From Octopus vulgaris (taxonomy: Eukaryota): 64,000 nt of DNA. Below are positions 12,740-25,134 of this stretch, one piece after another. Numbering within the stretch: position 1 is the first letter of the stretch; every line of letters starts with the position of its first letter. The stretch lies in NCBI GenBank assembly GCA_951406725.2, contig OX597825.1, forward strand, positions 3,162,001 through 3,226,000, read 5' to 3'. A program made the position numbers and the translations under genes. The notes under the pieces were generated by a model. It saw only the letters and a program-made list of their open reading frames with translations, did no database searches and had not been told where the DNA came from.

Positions 12740-14320
12740 TAATCATCCTCAAGGGACCCTACACGGTGTAGCGCGTAGAACCCGAGGTTCCCTCATTATT
12801 TGTTCAGTGTGTGATATAAAAAAAATCATATGGATATTCTTTTAGAAATGTCTTCATGTCAAAAGAAGCTCTTTCTCTACGGTGTATGGAAAGAAATCGT
12901 GGGTAGCCTTAACGTTTCCAGCCTACAGACTAATACTCTTAGCCTGGTCAGGTTTGGATATTGTGACTTTTGTCTTTTGATGTTACTGAACACATTTGTA
13001 GGTTTCTACGCGAGAGAATCGTATATGCCCATCATTTTTGCCTTTGGGAGAATTATTAACAGAAGTGTGCTTGGCAACTTAGCTTGGTCGTATGTGGAAA
13101 AAACATATTGCCTTTAGGACGTCAGATCAAAAAAGACCCTTGGCGATCCGAATCCCCTCCTCCGTATTCATTTTTATTACAAACTGTGTGAAAGGAAGGA
13201 GAAGGGTAATTAAGAACATGGAAGACCTTTTAAATACTCAAGCGATTTATCTTAGTAATATATTTTCTCTGGAAAATATTTACTCGACAATTCATTAGTA
13301 TTTGTAGAAGAAATACAACGCAAATTTCCGGCATTTTCTCAACAGGAAGCCACTTAAAACTTAAATATTGACTTGGTTGGTACGTAAGTAATTTCATTGG
13401 TAGTGATTACACTGCATCTAACCAACAGCTTCGCATTTGTCTTTGATCTTGTCAATTCTTACGTATGGAATGGCGCTGCTTTGCTCAAGGTTGATCAGTA
13501 GACCTTGATTATGTCGCTTATACACCATGAACGTTGTATAGGTTAAATAATGATTGAATAACTCTGTAAATTTGAAGCTAATCGATATTTGCACAATACC
13601 TTGTTTCCATCGCATTAAATCTTGGTGCTCACAGCATTTGCAATGTTGCCTTGTTGTGTAACCCGACCTGCTTCGTTGCTGGCACTGATCTTCCCGAACT
13701 GCCTAAAATCAATCCCATTTGTTGCACCGTTTCTGTCTGAAAGTCTTATGCGTCTTCCTTCAAAGGGACCACTTACTGTATCTCGTCTCATATGCCAATC
13801 TTTCTCTAAGCGTGCTGCAAGGAAATTTCTGCTTGCCAAGATGGTACATCCTCTTTGCTTGTTATCTGATCTTGTAGTCTGTACTCTGGGAGAATCGATT
13901 TATGAACACAGATACAAACTTTCTCAGTGTTTTTGGATATATTAGGGACATATGGAATATGGATGAAATATACCACAGAGGGTACGAAACACTGACCATT
14001 GTTGTTTATGCTGCTATTCCAATGCAACTGCAGACAGATTGGAGAGGGTCATGTTTTACACCCAACTTATATTTGAACTAATGAAGTAGCAGTCACTCTA
14101 CTGAAATTGGAGTCACCGGGGTCAATCCCAAGATTTGGTCATACGATCTGTCCTATTAATCATAAAATAGATCGTTTAATTATAGACATTGATGGAGGTT
14201 ACGAGTCTATCGGATACATTAGAGGGGAAATGAAAAAAGCTTGCGTGTCTCTTGCCTGGAGTTCCAGTATATGGAGCAGTGAGAATCTGACATTTTTGTC
14301 ATTAACATTCTCTGTATCAT
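12740..14320 (-). mobile_element. Highly decayed L1/Tx1-like LINE fragments
   Basis: Minus-strand LLINLEQSS (~13480-13500) resembles the RT motif LINLDQSKAFD, and a SVITY-like stretch lies near 13400. Many stops and deletions. Confidence 0.4.
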
Positions 14321-14330
14321 CGTCTAAGAT

Positions 14331-14645
14331 ATTCGATTCCCAGACCGGGCATTGTGAGTGGGTGGATTGACTGAACCATCCGAGTAATCTCTGTCTTGGG
14401 AAATGCTTTGAAAAAAAATTCCCTGTACACTTGAAAGAAAACACATAAAGTTCCACGATGCTCCGGAAGGGGGAGGCGTCGATCCCTGCTGTACTCTTTC
14501 GCCACAACTTTCTCTCACTCTTCTGTTGCCCTGTTCGCTTAGCCAGCGGGGTGGCATCATTTGAAGGGTAAAACAATGCGAAGCGCTTTGTGACCAGCGA
14601 TGTGTAGCAACATCTGATAGCCAGGTCGGTCACGTGGACATGTGA
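14331..14645 (+). mobile_element. tRNA-derived SINE (family A), 5'-truncated, with ~65-bp extra segment
   Basis: GATCCCTGCTGTACTCTTTCGCCAC...CTTAGCCAGCGGGGTGGC...GTGACCAGCGATGT...GCAACATCTGATAGCC is the reverse complement of the 879-1167 body. Confidence 0.75.
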
Positions 14646-14684
14646 TATATACATATATACACATGCATACACACACACATGCAT

Positions 14685-14945
<261 letters not shown>

Positions 14946-17636
14946 GTATGTGTGTTTCCGTACATGATTGACAGATTGGGACTGAAAAATTAAATAATAT
15001 TCAGGCATTACAGTAATCACAACTTTTTTCCCCTCTCTCTAAAATGCCTTCTAACTAAATGATAACAAACATGTTGACTTCTTCCATTTGGAATTGTTAA
15101 TTTAGATTTCATCGACATACACACATACTTGAGCAGCAAAAAAAATACGTAGAAGATTAATTGATCTATACGATTAATTTGAAAACAAAATTAATTTGAC
15201 AACAACATTGGCAAAAAATTTTCTATTATTGGATGATCTATATTTATCATTTAATCAATTGATGAATGAATATTTTTCAGCTCACTCTTCCACTGTTTAA
15301 ATCACATTCAAATTCAAACAAATCTTTTCTACTTCACATGGTTTGAATCAGTAATATCACTCACTGAATAAAGATTATAATGATTAAATAGACGTTGGTT
15401 GTCAAATAAGGAATAATAGCATTAACATGCACAAATTCTGTTTCTATAGATTAACCCAGATTGATCAGGATGAGTACACATTCCAAATTGATGCTATTTC
15501 GACTCGTAGCTTCAGATGTACTACAAAACGGTAAGATCTCAATATAGTCTACTCATAAGGAGGCATATGTAATTAACAAACAACGTTCATTATATTTATA
15601 TATTATAAATTAGCTCGGTCAAATATTTGTGTCGCTATGGCGCATTTTAAGTCATCTTTAATGATATTTTGTATTAGTTCAGTAAAGAGTTCCGTCGAGA
15701 GACATCAGCTTTAGCGCCATGGTTTAATAAGTTTCATCCGTTTTCATATCTACTATAAATGTCAAGACGGTTCGATATAGATATTGGTGTGATTTGTAAT
15801 ATGAACATTATGGTCAGTAACAGTCTCACATTATTGATGAAGTTGCATTATTATGATATTTTTGACATTGTTTGGCAGCTGAAAATTCACATTGTAAATG
15901 TACTTTGTTCGAGGTAGCTTCTCACTTTCTGAGATTACAATGAGTAATCACTATCTTCCTCAAAGGTTACCTTCAATATCACAAACGAAACTACAGTTCA
16001 GATAAAAGCTAAGCAATTAATGTTTGTTCTTGTTGAAATTGCAATTAGAAATTCGCTTATTTCAGAGTGTTGTACATACATTTCTAAAAGTATTCGTCAC
16101 TTTTATGTTACATAGAGCTCTCATGCTATCAATATTTATTGCGTTTGTATTGATCTCTATGAGAGTTTTTATCATAATGATCTACTTATTTTCGAATTAA
16201 ACTTCGAAAAGAGTGGACATTTGCCAGTCAGTGCAAACCTCAGCAATAACCTGAGGTCAATTCATTTCATTGCTTTTAAATCTATTATTGATTCTAGAAT
16301 TAGCGCTGATCTAGAGAAACGTCGTTATTTTATTTCGCATCTTTAAAATCAACCTGCTTTGATAATCCTATTTCCCAATTATCTTTAACATAATCGCTAT
16401 CGCCAACGACCTCCATGTTATACGTATAAATATGTTATACCTCAAGCTAAATTAAGTAGGTTTTACATTAATATATGTCAAATGTTTCCTCTGATTGCAA
16501 AATAGAATTTTATTTGGAAGGACTAAATGTTCTACATCCTCGTGCAGATAGCATCTTAAAAGTGATGTAAATCAGCTATAAAATCACAAGTGCTGATCAA
16601 CGTATTCCCTAAGATACTATGAAAATAAAATTAAGCACGGATTATAAATCAACAGAGTTACCATAATTGCAGTAGATCGGAAATATAAGGCACTATTGTT
16701 ATGCTTTTATTTCAAACAAAATGCCAAGCAGCAATAATTATTTCTGCATAAATACGATAAGAAACGAATCTGAAAATCCTTATTTCTCTCGAAACGTCTT
16801 CATTAATGGCGAAAGTGATATTCCTGTTTCAGACCTATCAACGACAAAGAAAAATCCAATGCTACGTGGAAAATGAATTCATCTTTTAAATGTTGACTGA
16901 ATTTTCCTACTGTAACTCTACAATATATTCATTGAGAATATTTCATAAGATTCCGTGTACAAGATATATCGTGGATGAATTATTTGAAACAATTTGAAAA
17001 TCTCCAGTGTCTCCTGCGTTTGCAGCGTTGCGTTATTACAGATTTTGCGGGGTTGCTTCTATGAATATCAATGGCTTGTATTTCCTTTCCCAATAGGTGT
17101 AAAATGGAGGCGCTGCTAGTCATTATTTACTGTTATTTCGTAAAACAATCTTGATAAAGGCAGTCTACTTTATATAAAAAGGTGTTGGTATATTATTCTG
17201 TCACTGTAGGCCTTTGTTTACATGTGAGTGAAGAACTAAAAGAACAGGATAATATTTTACAAAATTTACGTCGCGCATTTAAGGACTTGTTATTTAAGGG
17301 TATTTGCCTCCTACAATATTATTTTAAAAAAGGAAATTACAATAAATATACTATATAAATTATCTACAGCATGGTAAAAGGTTATATATATATATTATTT
17401 CGTTTCTAACTATATCAATTTAAGAAATAGCTTGCTTTTGAATTATATGTCTTATAGTAATTGGAAAGGCTTGTGATTTTGTAAATTCTTGAATAACTCA
17501 AGTGAAAAAGAAAGGGACAATCTATATTCTTCTACAAAAATTCTATTTTCTAAAAGCGAATACATAAGCAATACACATAAATATAAATAATTTCCTCATT
17601 TATAACTTTGGTATTCAGCCACATCATGTCATTCTA

Positions 17637-18243
17637 TTAGGCCATCCCATAAGTTCTGTCCGACTTTACCTTTCTTTAAAAAATTGAATGAAATTTAATA
17701 GTATTTTAGAATGTCTAATGGAATTAAACATCACTTTTATGTATTTGTGTACATGTAAACTAATTAACTATTATTTTACAGAATAATAGTATTAAAATGT
17801 CTTTGATTAAAAACCCTCCCTAACATGGAAGTACCTAAAGAGCATTTAAGGCACATAGTGATTTATAAGTAGAGAAAAGGAAACTCTGCAGGCGAAGTGA
17901 CTCGAAACATACACTCAGTTTATAGGAAAGAATGCTGGAATGAAAGAACTAGATGGTTTGCAAAATTCAGAAGTGAAGATTTCAGCCTTGAAAATGAAGA
18001 TCGACCAGGACATCCAGCTGAGTTTGAGGATAAACTCCTTGAGGCATTACTTGAAGTAAATCCCTCATTATCAGTTGAAGAATTGGCAATAAAGCTTAGT
18101 TCAAACCATACAACTGTTCATCATCATCTCCAATGACTTGAAAAGTTTCCTAAACTTGGAAAATGGGTGCCTCAAGAATTGTCCGAAAGCAACCGTAAAT
18201 CCAGAGTTGATATCTACTCTTCTCTCCATTCTCGCGAGCTCCT
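17637..18243 (+). mobile_element. Mariner transposon, 5' half (left TIR plus pseudogenised transposase N-terminus)
   Basis: TA followed by TTAGGCCATCCCATAAGTT (TIR-like). ATG at 17825 gives MEVPKEHLRHIVIYK*RKGNSA...RWFAKFRSEDFSLENEDRPGHP...GKWVPQEL, containing HTH regions and the mariner WVPHEL motif. Truncated before the DDD domain. Confidence 0.9.
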
Positions 18244-19540
18244 TATAAACACTATTCAATTCATGTGGTATATTTTGTATGTATGTTTGTTTGTTTAAAT
18301 CACCTACATATAAAGCTAAAATGGTGTGACACATTGAAATGTGCACTCACCGTGATTAAATATCTTATTTAGATGACCTATGATCATAATACATGTATTC
18401 ACGGAAATGTAAATATGTACAAAACACACAGACACACAGAAACACATACACACACACACACGCACACACACATATATACCCACATATGTCAATGTAAATA
18501 AATTTCTTCACTTCGCCACGTTTCTTATATTTTCTTAGTAATTTGTTGATAATTTTATCAGAATACTTTTAGAAAAACATGCCAGAAAAATTTTGAATAT
18601 TTTATAAGAAAATAGAAAAAAATACAAGCAAAGCAAAATATAGAGTAAAGAAATTATTTCTATTCCTTTCACACTCTGAGTCATGCTGGCATCACTGTTA
18701 TTGATTAATTTTGCCATTTCGATTTCAAATGCAATAAAGATTGTTATTTTGGTGTCATAAGAAGAGAGTCGTATGATTTTTATTTTGCTTTACACTGCTT
18801 CGGAGGGCACACATTATTTTTTTATAACGTTTGGTATCTTTTTCTTTTACACTGTCAAAATAAATATGAGGAAACGCCAACAGGGATGATTTTGTTTTTT
18901 TTTTTGTAGAAGTTGGTTGTATGTTTATATAAATCAGTGTAAATATTAAACGTTTTTGTTATCTATATTTTCTTCTGTGTATTGTCGGGATGTCGTTCGA
19001 AGTGTTATAAATAATTCGTTGGAAGATTAGGTACATTGTTTTTTTTTTTCTATCTCGAAACTAAGACACCTCAGGGACAAAGAAATATTCCATACGAAAA
19101 CTGAAAGTAAACACAGGAATAAAAAAAAAATGAGAGAAAATATGAACAAAATGTTACTTATTTTATTATATACATGTTTCCTATCATGTTCTTGATAAAT
19201 AAATGAGAGCCTTGAAGAAATAATCTACAGTTATCGCTTTCATAGCTGTGATATTCCTGGTGACTAAATGTTGCAAAGTTCCAGATTTATTTATTTATTT
19301 TTGCTTTCGGATTACTTTGCTCCAACATCCAAAAGATTAGAGCGACGCGAATATAATAAAATTTATCCCCCTAAATATATGCGAAATTATAGTTTTTGTA
19401 TATAACTAAAAACACAAGAGGACTAAAAAAACTATATAAGAATACGACGTGGCAACAAGAGCTGTATGTAAAGTTCCTTGTTGAAACAATATAATTTATA
19501 TACAATCTGCATTCAACCGAACTAAAGCCATTATCAATAA

Positions 19541-19932
19541 CTAGCAGTATCGCCCGGCGTTGCTCGTTTTTGTTTCGACCATTTAGAATTGAATTTTCGA
19601 AAAGTATAAATGTTGCATTATGTAGCTTGTTATTCTCTTTAAGTGAACATTTTTCTGGTTGAAATACACCGAAAAATGGCGACACAGCTATCAAAAATCG
19701 TACAAAATAGAGATTTTCATAGAAAAAAAGCACCTTTTTGATATAAATAATTATTGGTGTTAACATGGTCCGATTTGAACATTTTCTTCTATGGAAGGAG
19801 GAGCAAGCCTTTTTCTATCATACTCTCAATTCTGGTTAACTTGCGCAGCAGGGTCTCGGAGGAGAAAGTGTTAGTTGAAGGCGAACAAACCTACCATACA
19901 CAGACAACTTCAGCTTTATATATATAGAGAGA
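19541..19932 (-). mobile_element. Non-autonomous Helitron
   Basis: Minus strand begins A|TCTCTCTATATATATAAAGC and ends CGAGCAACGCCGGGCGATACTGCTAG|T. It has a 5'-TC, a GC-rich subterminal motif, a 3'-CTAG, an A|T insertion site and no TSD. Confidence 0.8.
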
Positions 19933-21538
19933 TTACTGCTTCAATTTAGTGACAAGTGTAAGCTAATCTCTAAATGTCCATGTGATGTTTTAGAAATCGT
20001 AACCAATACTTCGCACAAACCAACCCGAGCTCATAAAAACACACTTACATTTTTGTTTAACGCAGTCTAATATGAATAACATTGAAAATACTGCATAATG
20101 ACGGACACAATGCTTGCTCTTCGTATCTTTAATGAGTCGGATCCAGAGACGCATTGATAGGATTCTTATTAATAGTAATGTTTTGCATTAAGATATTCGT
20201 AACTTTCTCTTCCATATTGCTATGTTTTTCATACAAAAGTAAATTTCAAAGAGTTGCCGAGTAGAATTTGTAAGAAGATATATATTTTTTTTGTTTACTT
20301 GAAACAAAAATGTGCTTCTATTCATTAGAATCTGACTTACTCAGCTTTTAAGAAATCCTCGCACACACGACTTTTGTGCAAGGCCTCGTAATGCACGGAT
20401 TGGTCATTATATTCAGGTAAAAAAGTGCATGTGTGTCTCTGCGCATGTCTGTGTATTTAGTGTTATATCAGGAGAGCGAAAGAGAAAGAGAGAGAGAGAT
20501 AGAAAGAGAGAGAAACAGAAAGGAATATTTCATCATGTAGATCATGTTATTTTCTTGCGATGCAGATTAATGACTGAAGATTTTTGCGCGATGACATTCA
20601 AACGAAAAGGTTCCCCATCCGAAATGCTCAGCAGATTCCATTTACCCAAATATTTCGTCCCTGTTGTTTACGCGCAAAGCAGTATTTGATTTATTAAAGG
20701 CCTACTCTATCACTGTGCCTATGAGCTGAGTAGTGAAGTATAGATCTGTTATGTTTATCGCGATAGATATTTTCTTCAAATATCGATCTATTTCTTAAAA
20801 TCCTAAGAGATAATTAGTCATAGATGGAACAACGTGGAACAGCAAGTTGCGTTGTTTGGATTTGGCTTCCTAATGGTTGCATAATTGTGATTGATTACAC
20901 GTTGTAAAATACCACGATGAACAATAGCAATAGAATACATTGTATTAGGATTACATTAAAAGACTTAAGATAAAATTGTCTTACTGTAATGATTTAAACA
21001 ATTGCCAAATGATTTGTAAAATAATGATTCCATAAGAAACCCCGTACAAAATATTTAAATCAAAGTAGCACTGACTTAACCTCACTTTCTGATTATAAAT
21101 TCTGATGAAAAAAAAAAAATAGTCGTTGTTATATTGTGTTTTCTCTCTGAGTAAAAAGATAAGATTCTGGAAGCTACAAAGGTGCGTGTTTAAGCAAACA
21201 ATATTGCTCTGCGAGGCAACGAAGTAATTACCACGGAGACAGGTACTATTTAGAGAAGCAGCGTATAAATCGAAATATGAAACATAACGCCCATTTCATT
21301 AGAAAAGCGTACAGAGCGGACGTAAATGCTAAAGATTCATTGGATAACGTATCTGTGAGCGGTAGCAGTGGACAATTTTCCTCATGGATCGCTACAAGAA
21401 TAAAAGAAACTCTATAATATGGTTGGTAGTTTTTTTTTTTTACTAGAATCTTACGATGCCTAAACGAATTGCAATATCCGAATTATATTGTGGGCAAATT
21501 CTTGAACAGTCAACAAAGTATAATTTCAAAATATATAT

Positions 21539-21637
21539 TCTTTCCTACTCTAGGCACAAGGCCCGAAATATGGGGAAAGGGAACCAGTCGATTAGATCGA
21601 CCCCGCTACGCAACTGGTGTTCAATTTATCGACCCGG
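21539..21637 (-). mobile_element. SINE family B 3' fragment
   Basis: CTACTCTAGGCACAAGGCCCGAAAT...CAGTCGATTAGATCGACCCC...AATTTATCGACCC matches 12150-12250. Confidence 0.7.
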
Positions 21638-22062
21638 AAATCATTTCAAAATATATATTACATTAACTCAAAACATGACAAGAATGTTTGTCTTCGTTGT
21701 AGGAAGAGTTTCTGCAAAATTTCAGTCTTCGTTTTGCTTTCTCAATGTTGAATAAGATTATGAGATCCACTACATAACAAGTTAAAGAGACAAATAAGGG
21801 AAACATATATTAAACAAAAATGTCTCTCATTTTCTTTCTCAATTCTAAATTCTGTAATCGGCCTGAATTCCGTTTGAAATCGTAATGCATATATTCACAT
21901 TCGAAATAGACAGACATACATATATACTCACCATTACTCTCATTAACACACATGCACACATGTACAAATATAGAAAAATGCACACACACAGAATGCGCAC
22001 ACATATTGATACATGCATATGTATATATATGCAAAAATGAATATATATTTGTACACACACAC

Positions 22063-22107
<45 letters not shown>

Positions 22108-22224
22108 AATCAAGGAACGGCCATAATAGGCCATTCACCCACTAGAAATAACAGCCAAAGCTTCAACCGCAAAATAACATTAATTCCGCAAACCAGGAGA
22201 AAATTAAAAAACATTTACCCTGTA

Positions 22225-22331
22225 ATTTCTTATACGATGCACCGTTTCATCTACTGTTTAATGGTAAACTAACCTGATTAAATTAAATCAAGCCAATCTT
22301 CCATAGGCCCTTAGATTCGTCAGTAAGAAAT
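22225..22331 (-). ncRNA. Type I hammerhead ribozyme, copy 1, with extended stem II
   Basis: Minus strand reads AUUUCUUA-CUGACGA-AUCUA...UAGAU-GAAA-CGG UGCA UCG-UA-UAAGAAAU. Stem I is 8 bp, the CUGANGA and GAAA cores are intact, stem II base is 5 bp, stem III has a palindromic UGCA loop and the cleavage triplet is GUA (cut between 22233 and 22232). Confidence 0.88.
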
Positions 22332-22713
22332 AGCCAGAACGGAACAGATATTTTCACGAGGCATTTCTGTCCCTGCCTCGGCAATATCTGACCTAAAATT
22401 TTCAAATCATCGCACTCGCGCCAAATTTATCGGCAGCAAATAAATATAAGCCGCCGATTCCATTACGGAATCAACCAGAAAATTCATAATTAATCAATAT
22501 AGGGTGGCAAAAAAAATTTTGTAGAATTTTTTTGCCACCAGCGGCCTAGTGGGAAAAAATTAAGTAGCCATAGACCATTTATAAGTTCAACATCACAATC
22601 AAGGAACGTCCATAATAGGCCATTCACCCACTAGAAATAACAGCCAAAGCTTCAACCGCAAAATAACATTAATTCCGCAAACCAGGAGAAAATTAAAAAA
22701 CATTTACCCTGTA

Positions 22714-22820
22714 ATTTCTTATACGATGCACCGTTTCATCTACTGTTTAATGGTAAACTAACCTGATTAAATTAAATCAAGCCAATCTTCCATAGGCCCT
22801 TAGATTCGTCAGTAAGAAAT
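22714..22820 (-). ncRNA. Type I hammerhead ribozyme, copy 2
   Basis: Same sequence as 22225-22331, offset by 489 bp. Confidence 0.88.
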
Positions 22821-23134
22821 AGCCAGAACGGAAGAGATATTTTCACGAGGCATTTCTGTCCCTGCCTCGGCAATATCTGACCTAAAATTTTCAAATCATC
22901 GCACTCGCGCCAAATTTATCGGCAGCAAATAAATATAAGCCGCCGATTCCATTACGGAATCAACCAGAAAATTCATAATTAATCAATATAGGGTGGCAAA
23001 AAAAATGGCCTATTATGGCCGTTCCTTGATTGTGATGTTGAACTTATAAATGGTCTATGGCTATTTAATTTTTTCCCACTAGGCCACTGGTGGCAAAAAA
23101 ATTCTACAAAATTTTTTTTGCCACCCTATATTGA

Positions 23135-23200
<66 letters not shown>

Positions 23201-23204
<4 letters not shown>

Positions 23205-23525
23205 CGTCTGTCTTTACGATGTGAGTTCAAATTCCGCCGAGGTCGACTTTGCCAAACATCCTTTCGGGGTCGATAAATTAAGTACCAGTTACGCACTGGG
23301 GTCGTTATAATCGACTTAATCCGTTTGTCTGTCCTTGTTTGTCCTCTCTGTGTTTAGCCCCTTGTGGGTAGTAAAGAAATAGGTATTTCGTCTGTCTGTA
23401 CGTTCTGAGTTCAAATTCCGCCGTGGTCGAATTTGGTTTTCAATCTTTCGGTGTCGATAAATTAAGTACCAGTTACGCACTGAGGTCCATCTAAACTACG
23501 GGCCTTGAGTTTAGCGTAGAAAATA
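23201..23525 (+). mobile_element. Dimeric SINE family B lacking its 5' head
   Basis: GAGTTCAAATTCCGCCG occurs twice (~23222 and ~23406), with the same junction GTAGTAAAGAAATAGGTATTTCGTCTG as the 12.3-kb copy. Confidence 0.8.
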
Positions 23526-24612
23526 ATATATGTTACAAATCTGGGAAATCTTACTTGGTTGCATTTTAAAGAAAATCTATATTACTTAGACGAGTAATAT
23601 AAGGAATTTGAGAATAATTAGAATTGAAATTACCAACAAATTCATATTCTAAATTAACAACAGAAAATAGAATTTGCAGATCGGTTCCTTTAGTCCATTA
23701 ATCCATTGCTGCATTTATTCCATTAATCAAAGTGACTATCTTTTCACTTTACATACGTCTTAGGCAGCGTGTTAAAAGTTATATAAAAAAAAATGTAACA
23801 TGAGTCTGCAACGTCCTATCTCATTATGTGTGTACACGCTCAAGTTCGATTGAGTTCTAAACAGCAATCAACAATTACTACTACTACTACAACCACTACT
23901 ACTACTACTACTGGTATTGTTGTTTGTCATAATTCCTTTCTTCTCTTCTTTAAATACAAGAGGAATATGATCTTGGGTTTTTTAGAATACTCTGCACAAA
24001 AAATATTGAAAAACATTATTATACTGAAACCGTGGAGTATACAATCATGTACAAATGGTTCATTGTTACGGTAAGTCTCCTATATATGTACTGTATATCA
24101 TTTCTTTGACACCATGAGTCCTATTACGGACTCGAAGTGAAACGTATCTAAGTGAAGGAGGTAGAGATAAACAAGCTGTATTCAAAGTACAAATTATGTT
24201 AAATTCACATCACATGCCTAATATATTTTCAAATGAGACATTCCGTTTGGCGGTCGCCGGTATTATTGAATTTATTCCACCAAAGTATATATAAAATTAT
24301 TAGAAACATTTTTGAAGCCTGAAGTAATTAAATATAAGAGAATTCTTTCAAAAAATATAGAAAACAGATCAATACATAGAATTATCCTATTAGTAGTGTC
24401 TAAGCCTCTATTTCAATCAGATAATTTAAGATTTAACCAGCACCAGACAGCTTGGCTGATGGTAAGCCATTGGCTGGTATTCACGAAGACTTGTTGTTTT
24501 TCCCTTATTAGATAAACGATTCAAAATATTTGGCAATAGGCATGAGGATTATGAAAAGCGTGCGTGGGGGCATGTGGATTTCTCCAGTTATATTCTATAT
24601 GTGTACAGGCAG

Positions 24613-24718
<106 letters not shown>

Positions 24719-25011
24719 AGTGAATTTACGAAAGAAACAAAAGACGAATACAGGTGCTGTACAAAACATACAGATGTATTATTATAACGCTCAGGAATAG
24801 AAAAAAAAGTCTTTTACGTTTCCAGCCTACGCTCTTCTACAGAAAGGGACACAGAGAAAGCAAGGATAGAAAAATACTTATAGTAATTACAGGACAAGAA
24901 CGGGTGAAATACTTAAACAACTAGAAAAAAATGGAGATCAAGACAACTTAACACAGAAAAAAGACCAATTATCAGTTGTCAGCTGTCTATCTATCTGTCT
25001 ATCTATCTATG

Positions 25012-25134
<123 letters not shown>

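Larger units (their letters stand above)
22105..23142 (-). mobile_element. Hammerhead-bearing tandem element (retrozyme / Penelope pseudo-LTR-like): 489-bp unit, ~1.84 copies, plus ~139-bp inverted segment, inserted in (AT)n
   Basis: CACAATCAAGGAAC starts at 22105 and 22594 (period 489). Copy 2 runs to ~23005, with 2 substitutions seen. 23004-23142 is the reverse complement of ~22486-22624. (AT)n lies on both flanks. Confidence 0.88.

Noticed and set aside
22105-23005. Tandem repeat as a CRISPR array or satellite
   Set aside because: There are no unique spacers or cas genes, the context is eukaryotic, and fewer than two units are present. Ribozyme content and the inversion point to a retro-insertion.
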